A stretch of DNA of 64,000 bases from a virus: the IMG/VR virus record IMGVR_UViG_3300008111_000003; one strand, written 5' to 3'. The notes beneath the pieces are model-generated. The model was not told the origin of the DNA. It was given only the letters and a program-made list of their open reading frames with translations, and did not search any database. The translations under genes were made by a program, and so were the position numbers. The stretch's first letter is position 1. Every line of letters starts with the position of its first letter. Shown here one piece after another: positions 1 through 10,630 of this stretch.

Positions 1-58
1 TATAATTTAGATAGTTCTCATAGAATATACAAATGTAATTATTGCGGGGTTTCTAAAC

Positions 59-304
59 ATGAACAAAATTAACGACAAACAAAAAGCGGTTATTAAATTT
101 TTTCAGAAACAATTAAGTTTTTGGGAGAACACCAATGATATAGACTCACTTACTCATTATTCTGATATTGGTGAGGAAATTTATTGTTTATCTCATTTAG
201 TTTTTGATAACGATTATCATAATTATCTTTCAGCAGATGAATTGGCAAAGGTCGAGGACGTTGCCCAAATTATGTATCAGACAATTAAAGGAATTAGAGA
301 ATGA
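59..304 (+). CDS. hypothetical phage protein
   Basis: ORF in tightly packed ATGA-overlapping series. Confidence 0.6.
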   Translation: MNKINDKQKAVIKFFQKQLSFWENTNDIDSLTHYSDIGEEIYCLSHLVFDNDYHNYLSADELAKVEDVAQIMYQTIKGIRE

Positions 305-609
305 GCAGTTTTTTCAAAGGATTCCTTAGTCTATTTGATTGGATAAGCCCTAAAACATTAGATGAAACTATTGATAATCTTGACAATCAGATGCAGGACT
401 TGTATGATCGAATGGGTTGGGGACAATATAAAAAACCTTCGCCTATGAGCGGTTGGAATAATGCTTGTGATCTTAATAGAGTATTAGAAGCTGAACAAAG
501 TTTAATGAACGAGATCTACGGATATAATTTTAGAAAAATAGTGACCAAAGAATTTCACAAACCACTAGTAAAAGACCCAGCGAGAAGAAGAGTCAATAAA
601 TATTTATGA
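301..609 (+). CDS. hypothetical phage protein
   Basis: overlapping start/stop with neighbours. Confidence 0.6.
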   Translation: MSSFFKGFLSLFDWISPKTLDETIDNLDNQMQDLYDRMGWGQYKKPSPMSGWNNACDLNRVLEAEQSLMNEIYGYNFRKIVTKEFHKPLVKDPARRRVNKYL

Positions 610-857
610 ATAATCTTATACAAAAGTGGATTATATTCTACCCTAGAACACAAAGTTTTGTTACTGGCGGTCCATTTAATTATACTCAAAATCCTGAATT
701 AGCAAGAATCTATAATAACTATTCTGATGCTATAATGGCTTGCAACAATCATTACAATAAAGAATTTGGCGAGGGACATTATCCAATAGAGTTGCGTTTT
801 CATTTCAATACTAAAACACTAATGAGCGGCACACAAAATGTCAAAACTAACAAATAA
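606..857 (+). CDS. hypothetical phage protein
   Basis: overlapping start/stop. Confidence 0.55.
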   Translation: MNNLIQKWIIFYPRTQSFVTGGPFNYTQNPELARIYNNYSDAIMACNNHYNKEFGEGHYPIELRFHFNTKTLMSGTQNVKTNK

Positions 858-1029
858 CGATTTAGATATATTAGTAATGCTGGTTGAAGATAAACTAAAA
901 GAAATTTATAATGGGCCAGCAGGGATAGAGATTTATTCTAAACCAGAAATATTCAGAAAATTACTTTCTAAATTAGAAGCCATGTATTTTGAATGAAAGA
1001 TAGTAAAACGAAATTAAGGAGAATATTAA

Positions 1030-1548
1030 ATGAGCGACTTTAAAAGCGTAAAACAATTATGTGAAGAAAACCCAAATCTTAATAGTCATATACATTCTCT
1101 TTCAGATGTTCTAAATAAATTAGAGAAAGAAAATCAAGATCTGGTAAAAAGACATATTGAACTAGAGAACTCTCTTATTGAATTAAGAGCGTACCACAAA
1201 CAATTTGATAAGTTTGCCACGACAGTTTATGATCCTAATAAATCTACCTATAAAGAACTAGAAGAAAAAGTAGCCAAAGCAAACGAACAAAGACAAAAAG
1301 ATATTGATGAACTATGGGAAACACGAATTGATCCTTTGAGATTTGAATTAGAAGATACTAATAAAAAACTAGATCTTCTTAAAATAGAAAATTCTAATTT
1401 ATCTACTAGAACTAAACAATTAAATGAAACCATAAAAGATCTTGGCGTGTTGATTAATTATGCTGTGGGTTATATTAGCTCTTGTGAACAGTTTAGAGAC
1501 AAACACCCTAACGATGTTGTAAAGTGGTTATTTAAGGGATTAAAATGA
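1030..1548 (+). CDS. coiled-coil hypothetical protein
   Basis: AGGAG SD; heptad-rich E/K/L sequence. Confidence 0.7.
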   Translation: MSDFKSVKQLCEENPNLNSHIHSLSDVLNKLEKENQDLVKRHIELENSLIELRAYHKQFDKFATTVYDPNKSTYKELEEKVAKANEQRQKDIDELWETRIDPLRFELEDTNKKLDLLKIENSNLSTRTKQLNETIKDLGVLINYAVGYISSCEQFRDKHPNDVVKWLFKGLK

Positions 1549-1766
1549 GTGATAGATTTTATAATTTACCTATAATAACGCATGAGCCAGAAAGAAAACC
1601 AGACGGCTGGACAAGATTTATAAAAGTACAAAAAACAGTAAAAGATATATTAGATACATGGGATATTAATGATAAAAATGATATGTCAGAAATGACTCAG
1701 GTATTAAGACATCTTAAAAATGCTTGTGAAATTATAGACACTATTACACAGGGCGAAGCCAAATGA
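1545..1766 (+). CDS. hypothetical protein
   Basis: ATGA overlap. Confidence 0.6.
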   Translation: MSDRFYNLPIITHEPERKPDGWTRFIKVQKTVKDILDTWDINDKNDMSEMTQVLRHLKNACEIIDTITQGEAK

Positions 1767-2002
1767 AATATAAAATCTGCAAACTAGTAGATGGTAATGG
1801 TGCTATTACATACCAGATTAAAACAAAAGGCTGGTTATTTTGGCGTTGGGTTTGTGCTGCTGCTGGCCCATTGGATCATAATGAACCATTAGACTTTTTT
1901 ACTTTTGAGCAAGCAGAGAAGTGGGTCAATGAATCTAAAAAAGTGACACAATATTTTAAAAACTGTAGAAAAATAAGGGTTGTGGAGTGTGTGGAAGTAT
2001 GA
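1763..2002 (+). CDS. hypothetical protein
   Basis: ATGA overlap. Confidence 0.6.
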   Translation: MKYKICKLVDGNGAITYQIKTKGWLFWRWVCAAAGPLDHNEPLDFFTFEQAEKWVNESKKVTQYFKNCRKIRVVECVEV

Positions 2003-2325
2003 ATCCTCATCGTAAATATAAAAATAATGGGCCGGGTGGTTTAGGATTAGTATTTATGGCTTTGATTATGTGCTTTGTTGTATTTGTGGCTATTGTTGTT
2101 AAACCTACCCATAAAAAAATAGACAAATTAAAACAATCTAAACCATTAGCCCAACAATACCTATTAAATCAATCTGATCCAATATGGTTTTATAAACCAG
2201 ATGAATTAGAATGGACAAAGGGCGAGGTAATATATCTGTGGGGATATCATCCGGTGGTTTATTCTAAACAATTAAATAAAACTTTTGAGTTTCATGAAAT
2301 AGAATGGACAGTTGGAAATGAATAA
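1999..2325 (+). CDS. single-TM hypothetical protein
   Basis: hydrophobic stretch LGLVFMALIMCFVVFVAIVV; start at ATGA overlap. Confidence 0.6.
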   Translation: MNPHRKYKNNGPGGLGLVFMALIMCFVVFVAIVVKPTHKKIDKLKQSKPLAQQYLLNQSDPIWFYKPDELEWTKGEVIYLWGYHPVVYSKQLNKTFEFHEIEWTVGNE

Positions 2326-2433
2326 ACTATTACAATATATAAACTCTAAAGAATTCAATTGAAGATTTTAGAATGGCTCATATTCTAGTAAAAAAGGGCA
2401 GAGTGATTAATATCAAATATACTCACTACAGGC

Positions 2434-2461
2434 TTGACTCACACAAATCATGGAGTATAAT
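2434..2461 (+). promoter_or_regulatory. sigma70-type early promoter
   Basis: TTGACT-N16-TATAAT. Confidence 0.7.
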
Positions 2462-2484
2462 AGCATCTTGGGAGGCAGGATTTA

Positions 2485-2778
2485 ATGAAAAACTACAAGA
2501 AAAAATTAACTAAGGTTGTTGACAATATTTACTGTGATGGTTGTGGAGAAAGTTGCACAACTACAGAACCAGTAGTTGAGCATGAATATGGTGAACTAAG
2601 TGCCACATGGGGTTATTTCTCCAACCAAGATGGCACTCAATATGATATTCAACTTTGTGAAAAGTGCTTTAATGAGATTGTTGATATTCTAAAAAGCAAG
2701 AGAAAGAAAACTTTGGGTCCGTTCAATTATCCTCACAAATATGATCCGTTAGAGGGAAGGAGTTATTTTCCATCATGA
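2485..2778 (+). CDS. CxxC zinc-binding hypothetical protein
   Basis: CDGC...CEKC; GGAGG SD. Confidence 0.65.
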   Translation: MKNYKKKLTKVVDNIYCDGCGESCTTTEPVVEHEYGELSATWGYFSNQDGTQYDIQLCEKCFNEIVDILKSKRKKTLGPFNYPHKYDPLEGRSYFPS

Positions 2779-2996
2779 AAGTCTCATTTGAATTTATTCT
2801 ACCAGATGACAAACGAGAATATGAAGTTACTAATCAAGCACAAAAGATGCAATCTTTGTTGTGGGATTTCTCTCAACAACTTAGATCGTGGCGTAAATAT
2901 GGTAATACTTTTAAGGATGCTAATGATGCACTAGAAAAAATTACCAAAGATTTTTACGGGTTGGTCGATCATCACGGAGTTAATATTGATCTATAA
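2775..2996 (+). CDS. hypothetical protein
   Basis: coupled start/stop. Confidence 0.65.
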   Translation: MKVSFEFILPDDKREYEVTNQAQKMQSLLWDFSQQLRSWRKYGNTFKDANDALEKITKDFYGLVDHHGVNIDL

Positions 2997-3661
2997 TGTT
3001 TAAACTAAAGAAAAGAGCCAGGATTGATTACTGGACTTGTAGTAAATTTGCCGATTGGATTAGAGGTACTTCTAAACCATTTGCTCTTGGATGCGATGAA
3101 TGGAGCAAGTGGCACAAAGAATCTAAAACTAAACATCCAGTTAGATACTGGATAGCAGAAACTTTGTTAAAGAAACTTCAGGACGTAGTTCACTTTCCCT
3201 TTGATGTTTATAATACTATTAGTATATACATTAGAAATCGCTACATTAGTAAAATCCACTATCTTAAAACAGGATTAAAGCCCGGCGAATACTTTGATTT
3301 GGATACTAGAATATTCCACGCCCTATTCAATGAACTAGTTATTTTTGTGGAAAAGGAAGCCACCATAGAATATCTTACTTGGGCATCAGACTTAGTTTAT
3401 GATGAAGATTATGGATTTGATCCATCAGATAGTGATTATGGAAAACCCACTCACCAAGCAACAGCATCATTAAAGATTCTGGAACTATATCACTGGTGGA
3501 AGAATAGAGATTACAGACCAGACCCACACAAAATTTTTACTAAAGAAACTCATGGTGAATTTTACTACAAAACTATAGCAGAGATTGAGGACTCTTATGA
3601 CAAAGAAGATGATGAGATACTGTTAGAACTAGTAAAAATAAGGCGTGAATTATGGACGTAA
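2996..3661 (+). CDS. conserved phage hypothetical protein
   Basis: 221 aa ORF; 3' end overlaps antisense HNH gene. Confidence 0.7.
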   Translation: MFKLKKRARIDYWTCSKFADWIRGTSKPFALGCDEWSKWHKESKTKHPVRYWIAETLLKKLQDVVHFPFDVYNTISIYIRNRYISKIHYLKTGLKPGEYFDLDTRIFHALFNELVIFVEKEATIEYLTWASDLVYDEDYGFDPSDSDYGKPTHQATASLKILELYHWWKNRDYRPDPHKIFTKETHGEFYYKTIAEIEDSYDKEDDEILLELVKIRRELWT

Positions 3662-4372
3662 TATTTTATTACTTTTTTTGAGATTATCTTCTGCCCATAG
3701 TGGTTGAGTATTGGTATAATGAAATAATTTTATTAATTCTTCTTCATTTTTAGCAGACGATATTGGGATTATGTGGTCTATGTGCCAACCCTTTATTCCG
3801 TAGTTATTCCAGTTCATACGGCTATCAAATAATTGTTGTAAGTATTTTTTATATGATTCTATATCAATTCCAAGATATTCAATACTATGATTCTTTTTAC
3901 TTTTAATTGCCATATTAATTCTTCTTCTAATATTATCTATTAACTTAATATTGATTTGTTTTCTTCTATTTTGTCTATATCTTCTTAAATGTTCTAAATT
4001 ATTATTTTTCCATTTTACAAAATTTGAGTGATATTTATTTTTATTATTTATTTTCCATTTTTTATTATATTCTTTTAGTAATTCTTTATTTTTATTTTTC
4101 CATTTTTTATTTTGTTCTTTGCGTCTAGTTTTATTTTTCTCACGATATTTTTTTAATTCATGCTTCTTGAGTTCTCTATAGATTTGATTATTAAATAATA
4201 TAGTTTCTTTATGGTCTTCATAGTATTTTATTCTTTTGTTTTTATTTTGATCGTTATATATTTTACGACAATCTTTACATTGACAACACAATCCAGATTT
4301 TTTTCTTTTGTCTTTAGAAAATCTTAAGATAGATTTTTTAATCTTACATTTACTACATATTTTCTTTTTCAT
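3650..4372 (-). CDS. HNH homing endonuclease (WHIDHIIP...HYTNxQPLWA family)
   Basis: N-terminal CxxC..CxxC, basic helix, GWHIDHIIPIS...HYTNTQPLWAEDNLKKS; start 4372 or 4384. Confidence 0.85.
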   Translation of the reverse strand: MKKKICSKCKIKKSILRFSKDKRKKSGLCCQCKDCRKIYNDQNKNKRIKYYEDHKETILFNNQIYRELKKHELKKYREKNKTRRKEQNKKWKNKNKELLKEYNKKWKINNKNKYHSNFVKWKNNNLEHLRRYRQNRRKQINIKLIDNIRRRINMAIKSKKNHSIEYLGIDIESYKKYLQQLFDSRMNWNNYGIKGWHIDHIIPISSAKNEEELIKLFHYTNTQPLWAEDNLKKSNKILRP

Positions 4373-4416
4373 TTTTATACGCATAAACAAGACAACCCAA
4401 ACAACATCAAGGGTAG

Positions 4417-4445
4417 TTGACAATTGCTTGGGCGTCTGATATAAT
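4417..4445 (+). promoter_or_regulatory. sigma70-type early promoter
   Basis: TTGACA-N17-TATAAT perfect consensus. Confidence 0.8.
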
Positions 4446-4497
4446 TCATTGTAAGTTTTTTGAATGTCTACCCATACTCAAATAGTTATACACCAAA

Positions 4498-4863
4498 ATG
4501 ACTACAAAACCAGATTTAGAATATGATTTATTGAATAATAAGTTTATAAAAAACAAATGCAAAAATAGTCGTATTTATTCGCAAAATCTATATGCCGCTA
4601 TGGCAAATAACCATTTTTTTTATGATGATAAAAGGTGGAGTTGTTCTTGGCGATATTCTGGTGGTATAGTAGCAGTTTTAAGGGAGAATAATGAAACATA
4701 TATTGACTTCTATTGTTCGGGAGTTGCTTCTGATAACAACAATGGTTTCGTATCAGAAGGAACTGTTACCGATGAAATTAAACAAGATTTGTTAACTATA
4801 GGCTGGACTATTAAACCTTATGAACCAAGATTGCCACCAGGAGTTTATAGAAACAAATGGTAG
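4498..4863 (+). CDS. conserved phage hypothetical protein
   Basis: QNLYAAMANN..WSCSWR.SGGIVA..YIDFYCSG..EG.VT motif recalled from large-phage ORFs. Confidence 0.7.
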   Translation: MTTKPDLEYDLLNNKFIKNKCKNSRIYSQNLYAAMANNHFFYDDKRWSCSWRYSGGIVAVLRENNETYIDFYCSGVASDNNNGFVSEGTVTDEIKQDLLTIGWTIKPYEPRLPPGVYRNKW

Positions 4864-5020
4864 ACCTTAAAAAAATAACTAGCAACTACTATGTTTGTGA
4901 ACATGGTCATTTTGAATATCAAGAACAAGATAATCTTTGGCTTTTTATACCTAACGAAAAGCCCCTAAAGAACCTTGACTTGCTCAACATTCTTAATCAG
5001 TTAAATGATCTAAATGAACT

Positions 5021-5641
5021 ATGCTAAATCTAAAAATTCAACCCTATAATAGCGTATGGATAAAGGCAGACTCTCAAGAAGAGTTAGGCTTAACATTTAT
5101 GCGTTTTCAAGAGCATTATGAAAGTGTGAATCCAAAATTCAGAAATCAAATATTTACATTGGGACAACTAAAAAATTGGTATTCTGAGAAGTACGGTGGA
5201 AATACTTATCAAGTTGATTGGACCGGCTTTAATTTTCCTAGTAAAGTATTAATTCCTTTTAAGCAAGGATTGTTTGATCCATTAACTAACGAGGAAAAGA
5301 ATCTATTAGACCTATTAAAATATCGTAATGATAACTTCTACATTATAGGCGCCCAAAATAATAGTGTGCTTAGACACGAACTGGCCCATGCTTTGTATGG
5401 TCATAATAGTGAATACAAGAAACAGATAGATAACTTTATAAACAAGCATAAGAATAAACTAATTAAAGTTTTGAAATTTTTGGAACAAAAGGGCTATACT
5501 AAAGATGTACTGTATGATGAATTACAGGCTTATATTACTGACAACGACGATGCTGATATTATTAATCTAACTGACCCATCTGTTATATCTGGCATAAATA
5601 AGATCTACAAAAAGTTTAATGTTTCAAAGGTGAAAAAATGA
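5021..5641 (+). CDS. HExxH metallopeptidase-like hypothetical protein
   Basis: LRHELAHALY and downstream DELQAY. Confidence 0.55.
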   Translation: MLNLKIQPYNSVWIKADSQEELGLTFMRFQEHYESVNPKFRNQIFTLGQLKNWYSEKYGGNTYQVDWTGFNFPSKVLIPFKQGLFDPLTNEEKNLLDLLKYRNDNFYIIGAQNNSVLRHELAHALYGHNSEYKKQIDNFINKHKNKLIKVLKFLEQKGYTKDVLYDELQAYITDNDDADIINLTDPSVISGINKIYKKFNVSKVKK

Positions 5642-5813
5642 ATACAGATTTGTGTGATGAAGAAAAGAGTTATCATGAATGGGTATCCAATAATTTATCA
5701 TTTGTAAATCAGAACAAACAAGCGATTAGTATAATGAAAAAGATGTATATGCAGGGATTTGCTGCTGGATTTAGTTATCAGAAAAAACTTAGAGCAGAGG
5801 AAGAATTACAAAA

Positions 5814-6080
5814 ATGAGTTGGGATGGAACTTTTAAATACGCCCCTATGAATCCAGATAAGATTAATACTATCATGGAGGCTTATAAACATGAGCAAATA
5901 TACGAATATATTCAAGAACTATATTCTCTAATACATTACCAGCGAAAAATTATAGATGAACAAAGAACTAAAATTGTGGCCCTACAACATAAAGAGGCGT
6001 GGAAAAGATACGATCTTCCAGAAAAAAGTTTTCAAGTTAGTGTTGACAAGCCGCCGAAAGATGGTAATATGAGTTGCTAG
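5814..6080 (+). CDS. hypothetical protein
   Basis: ORF track. Confidence 0.6.
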   Translation: MSWDGTFKYAPMNPDKINTIMEAYKHEQIYEYIQELYSLIHYQRKIIDEQRTKIVALQHKEAWKRYDLPEKSFQVSVDKPPKDGNMSC

Positions 6081-6089
6081 GAGACTACC

Positions 6090-6341
6090 ATGCTAATTAG
6101 TGAAATTAAAAAGTGGGCAAAGACTCATGGCTACGAAGTTTTAAAAGACAAGGGCGATGAAGAAAAGGACGAGCCAGTAACATATTATTGGTCTAAGGTT
6201 GATGATCCTAGTGCTAGTGGAGTTAGTCCAAGTGTTAGCAAACTTGCCAGAGATATTTACAACAATATTACAAATAATGCTTGGGTAGACCATCAAACAG
6301 AATACAAGGAAAAACATATTAATGAACGTAAAACTAATTAG
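6090..6341 (+). CDS. hypothetical protein
   Basis: AGGAG SD, promoter TTGACA-N16-TAATAT at 6043-6070. Confidence 0.65.
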   Translation: MLISEIKKWAKTHGYEVLKDKGDEEKDEPVTYYWSKVDDPSASGVSPSVSKLARDIYNNITNNAWVDHQTEYKEKHINERKTN

Positions 6342-6975
6342 TGTAACACCCGATGCAGAAAAATTAATCTCTTATTGTGCTAGAGTGTCAAATCCAATAG
6401 GACAAAATAATGAGAACTACGCTAAACTATTGAAGTATTGTATAGATCATAAACACTGGAGCATATTTGAAATGGCTACTCTAAATCTTGAGATTAATAC
6501 TACCAGAGGACTAGCAGCACAAATTTTACGTCATCGTAGTTTTAATTTTCAAGAATTTAGCCAGCGATATGCTGATACTACTTTACTTAGTGAAGAAATT
6601 CCGGTATTTGAATTGCGTCGTCAAGATACTAAGAATAGACAAAATAGTATTGACGACATTCAAGAGGAAACAATTTATAAGTGGAATCTACAAATTAGAG
6701 AACATTTTGCTAAAGCAAAGGCTATTTATGATGGAATGATTGCTGATGGTATTGCCAAAGAATGTGCTAGATTTGTATTACCACTATCAACTCCTACTCG
6801 ACTTTTTATGAGTGGCACATTAAGATCATGGATTACATATATAGCACTAAGAGAAAAGAATGGCACTCAAAAAGAACATATCTTGATTGCTAAAGAATGT
6901 AAAAGAATTTTTTGTGGTCAATTTCCAACAATATCAGAAGCACTAGGTGGTTTTGATAAAGATTGGAATATCTAA
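6322..6975 (+). CDS. thyX: flavin-dependent thymidylate synthase
   Basis: HWSIFE and RHRSFNFQEFSQRY ThyX motif, AKECARFVLP. Confidence 0.95.
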   Translation: MNVKLISVTPDAEKLISYCARVSNPIGQNNENYAKLLKYCIDHKHWSIFEMATLNLEINTTRGLAAQILRHRSFNFQEFSQRYADTTLLSEEIPVFELRRQDTKNRQNSIDDIQEETIYKWNLQIREHFAKAKAIYDGMIADGIAKECARFVLPLSTPTRLFMSGTLRSWITYIALREKNGTQKEHILIAKECKRIFCGQFPTISEALGGFDKDWNI

Positions 6976-7119
6976 CTATAAGGATTGAATAATAATGCTA
7001 GTTGATTTTATTTTATGGATGGTTGCTTTTTATCTAGGTTTGAGTTTCGTAACAACTATTTTTGCTGTAACATTTATTCTTAAAACCATGTATGATATTC
7101 ATAGAAAGAAGTTAAAGTA

Positions 7120-7317
7120 ATGAAAACTTTTAATGTAACAGCACAAGGTTATGACTCTTGTTCATCAACTCCTTATCAGATTTTATTGTTGAATGAATTA
7201 GTTAAAGCCAACTCTTCAGAAGAAGCAGAGAAAAAATTCTGCCTAGAATTGCTTGTTGATGATATGATAGTTACTAAAATTCTTTCGTCTGAAGAAATTG
7301 TTCAAGATGCTGCTTGA
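7120..7317 (+). CDS. hypothetical protein ending in ssrA-like -DAA
   Basis: ORF track; C-terminus VQDAA. Confidence 0.6.
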   Translation: MKTFNVTAQGYDSCSSTPYQILLLNELVKANSSEEAEKKFCLELLVDDMIVTKILSSEEIVQDAA

Positions 7318-7341
7318 CTTTGGCCGATACCATTGTATAAT
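7314..7341 (+). promoter_or_regulatory. sigma70-type early promoter
   Basis: TTGACT-N16-TATAAT with TG extension. Confidence 0.7.
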
Positions 7342-7359
7342 GGAAATCAAGGAGACTCT

Positions 7360-8313
7360 ATGAACAGATTTGGCCTTTGTTGTATTAGCCTCAAACTCAA
7401 AGAACAGGGTTTTAGTTTTCAAACTATGACCTACAAGAGATTTTCTAGTTTGCCTAGAAAAGAAGCGTTAGAAATTCTAGGTGATCGTATCCACAATAAT
7501 ATGATTGCTACTAATGAAATTATCAAATATTGTGCAGAAAACAACTGGTGCTATCGTCTTAGTAGCGATCTTATGCCATTGATTAGTTATGACCAAGCAA
7601 ATGTGGACTTAACCGATCTACCAAATCATGACGATATTCAAGATGTTTTTGATACTATTGCGGAAACGATTAAAAATACTGGCGTAAGAATTTCCGCACA
7701 TCCAGATCAGTTTAATGTGTTGGCTACTACAAATGAAAAAGTGGTTGAAAAAACTATTACAGAATTAAATCTAATGAGTAGCCTAATGGATCGTTTTGGT
7801 CTTAGTACTGATCATAATACTCCTATCAATATTCATATTCAAAATAGTAAAGACGGTACTAGAGAAGAAATTAGTGAAAGATTTCTCAAGAACTTCCATC
7901 GTCTTGACGAAAATTGTCAACGTAGGTTAGTAGTAGAGAATGATGATCGCCAAGCGGCTTGGAGTGTTGCTAAACTATTAGATATTTTCTATCCAATTAC
8001 TAAGATTCCTATTACATACGATTCTCATCACTTTAGACTTAATAATCCAGAAAATTTAACAACGGATGATGCTGCACAGGGTTGTGTTGACACTTGGCAA
8101 ACCTTTAAGCCGTTGTTTCATTTTAGTAACGGTAGAGATCACGCCTTAGATAAGGCTCATAGTGATTATGTTTATGATGTACACGAAGAACTATTTAATC
8201 GGGAAGTGGATGTTGATTATGAATATAAATTAAAGGATTTGACTATTCAAAAATTTATAGAATCTTATCAGACTTACGCAAATTATCTTCAGCCCATAGT
8301 GGTTGCAGATTAG
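7360..8313 (+). CDS. uvsE: UV-damage endonuclease
   Basis: GLCC, YRLSS, HPDQF, INIH, VENDD, DSHH, H.S, HSD, EYKLKD motifs; GGAG SD before 7360. Confidence 0.9.
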   Translation: MNRFGLCCISLKLKEQGFSFQTMTYKRFSSLPRKEALEILGDRIHNNMIATNEIIKYCAENNWCYRLSSDLMPLISYDQANVDLTDLPNHDDIQDVFDTIAETIKNTGVRISAHPDQFNVLATTNEKVVEKTITELNLMSSLMDRFGLSTDHNTPINIHIQNSKDGTREEISERFLKNFHRLDENCQRRLVVENDDRQAAWSVAKLLDIFYPITKIPITYDSHHFRLNNPENLTTDDAAQGCVDTWQTFKPLFHFSNGRDHALDKAHSDYVYDVHEELFNREVDVDYEYKLKDLTIQKFIESYQTYANYLQPIVVAD

Positions 8314-8908
8314 AGTAATGGAAACATTTTCTCTGTTGTTCTGGATCAGTTAAATCAAAACTAGAACAAGGAATTATATGATCTATATGCCATCCATTTC
8401 TACCATAATTTTCCCAACTCATGCCATCTTTAAACTGTTGTTCGATGTGCATAGCCAAAAATTCTGCTGTACACCCCAACAATTCAATAGTTCCACCAGA
8501 TTTTATTTTGCCTTGTAAAACATGATTAATTCTTACTCTCAAATTATGTCTAATTTTTGCTTCTTTATTACTAGATAAGTATAACTTTTGTTTTTTATGA
8601 ATATGTTTTTTATTTTTATGATAATATTCTCTTGATTTCTTGTTAAAATATTCTCTATTTTTTTCTCTATTTAATTTATTTTGAGTATCTATATGTTCTT
8701 TATTTTTTATATAGTATATTTTTCTATTTGCTTTTATTTTTTCTGAATTTTTTTTATTATATATTTTTGCCTTTTTATTTAATCTTTTTTTATTTCTTTG
8801 ATGCCATTCTTTTTTCCACTTTTTTTCGCATAATTTACACTGATTGCATCTTCTTTTATTAAATTCATTATCTTCTTTTTCTAATAGACACATATGACAT
8901 TTTTTCAT
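8255..8908 (-). CDS. HNH homing endonuclease
   Basis: GWHIDHIIPCSSF...HYSNLQPLWAEDNLRKS; GGAGGAG SD before ATG 8908. Confidence 0.88.
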   Translation of the reverse strand: MKKCHMCLLEKEDNEFNKRRCNQCKLCEKKWKKEWHQRNKKRLNKKAKIYNKKNSEKIKANRKIYYIKNKEHIDTQNKLNREKNREYFNKKSREYYHKNKKHIHKKQKLYLSSNKEAKIRHNLRVRINHVLQGKIKSGGTIELLGCTAEFLAMHIEQQFKDGMSWENYGRNGWHIDHIIPCSSFDLTDPEQQRKCFHYSNLQPLWAEDNLRKSDKIL

Positions 8909-9249
8909 CTTGACTCCTCCTATTCCTATGCTATCATATAGTACACCAAATTTCATTTATGTAGGATTTGAACAATGAGCGGAAATTTAATATTGATAAG
9001 TGGTGCGATATATCTTTGGGTGGCTTTTGACCAAATATATAATCATAAAAATATCGGTATGTTTATAACCTATCTTGGTTACTCATTTGCAAATATAGGC
9101 TTATATATGCTCGCATCAAAATAAGGAATAAATAATGGAAGAAACTCCCAAAAGACGAGAACCAAAAAAAATAAGGATGCCTCCCCTAGTTGACCGATAC
9201 AAGGAATATGATAGAATGTACGGTGACGCTCAGGAGTCTACCAACACTA

Positions 9250-9708
9250 ATGAAAATCATACAGAAAACGATTCGCAAAGCATACCAGAACTGGAGTCCT
9301 TGTAAGGAAATTCGTTGCTGGCATTACTGTGGGGCTTTTGATGGGACAAAACTAATTTGTTTCACCCAAAACAACCCGATTAAAACTCATGCTGGTGCTT
9401 ATAGGATAGGTGAAAACTTTAATTTGCCAAAATATAAGGAGCATCCTTTTTATCACGCAGAAAGTCATCTGATTTCTAAACTCTTGGATAAGTATAATAC
9501 TATTGATCCGGGTTGGGATATTGTGGTGATGAGAATTAATAGAAAAGGATTGATTCTTGGTAGTAAGCCTTGTGAGAATTGTAATAAATTGCTTAGTGCT
9601 GTTGGATTAACTAATATCTATTACAGTAACGATGACGGTAATTTTACTGATAGTTTTAATAATACGATTCAAGTGAGAGACTTGACGATGCCGATGAGCA
9701 TGGTATAA
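9250..9708 (+). CDS. cytidine/dCMP deaminase-fold protein
   Basis: HAE...SKPCENC zinc motif; promoter TTGACC-N16-TAGAAT 9190-9217 and AGGAG SD place start at 9250. Confidence 0.75.
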   Translation: MKIIQKTIRKAYQNWSPCKEIRCWHYCGAFDGTKLICFTQNNPIKTHAGAYRIGENFNLPKYKEHPFYHAESHLISKLLDKYNTIDPGWDIVVMRINRKGLILGSKPCENCNKLLSAVGLTNIYYSNDDGNFTDSFNNTIQVRDLTMPMSMV

Positions 9709-9885
9709 TTCTAGAACAAGAGAGGTTGAAAATGCTATTGTCTTTAAACGATAATGAAGCCTATACATTGCAATGGGCATTAAGTATTGCCAAATTAGAA
9801 GCGGATAAAAGTTTTCCTAGATCGGGTTTGTTAGCCAGCATAGAAGATATTATACGGAAAGTAAAGGAACAAACAAGAGAGTAAT

Positions 9886-10104
9886 ATGAATTGTATTTAT
9901 TGTAGGACTGATATTCCTTCTGAAAGAGCAGAGTTTTTGATTGAAAATAATAGACGAGCCACTTGTATTAATTGTTCTACTGAGCAACGTGCTGTGGGCT
10001 TTATGGACTGGAATCATAAAACTGCCCCACAACTTGTTATGGTGCCAAGTAATGCTACTGAGACTATTAGGATTCTACACAGAGCAAATCGTCGTGCTAG
10101 ATAA
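9886..10104 (+). CDS. DksA/TraR-type C4 zinc-finger protein
   Basis: CIYC..DIP.ER.E...CINC. Confidence 0.7.
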   Translation: MNCIYCRTDIPSERAEFLIENNRRATCINCSTEQRAVGFMDWNHKTAPQLVMVPSNATETIRILHRANRRAR

Positions 10105-10630
10105 GTTTATTAGATTTTTTTAAATTGTCTTTTGCCCATAATGGTCTAAGATTAGAATAATGAAAACACTCTTTTTGCTGCTTAGTATCCGATAAATCAA
10201 AACTATCACATGGTTTTATATGGTCAATATGCCACTCACCATGATTATTCCAACTCATACCTTTTAAAAACTGTTTTTCTATGTATGACTTAAAAAAGAT
10301 TATATCGCATCCTAGTAATTTTTTAGCGGATTCAATTTTTATATTACCTTTTATTGCATGACGCAATCTACGTCTTAGAGTATGTTTGATTTTAAATTCT
10401 ATATCTGAATGGTATTTTTCTCTAAAAATTTTAGCCTGTTGTTCTCTATGATTATAATTATATTCTTTATGTTGTTGATCTAATCTATCTTTATTTACTA
10501 AATAATATTTCTGAGAATATATTTTTCTACAATCTTTGCATTTATGATTTCTACCAAATTTACCGTCTTTTTTTATATGAAAACAATCTAGTAATTTATT
10601 TTTACCACAAGTATTACATTTTTTCTTCAT
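10097..10630 (-). CDS. HNH homing endonuclease
   Basis: EWHIDHIKPCDSF...HYSNLRPLWAKDNLKKS. Confidence 0.88.
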   Translation of the reverse strand: MKKKCNTCGKNKLLDCFHIKKDGKFGRNHKCKDCRKIYSQKYYLVNKDRLDQQHKEYNYNHREQQAKIFREKYHSDIEFKIKHTLRRRLRHAIKGNIKIESAKKLLGCDIIFFKSYIEKQFLKGMSWNNHGEWHIDHIKPCDSFDLSDTKQQKECFHYSNLRPLWAKDNLKKSNKLI

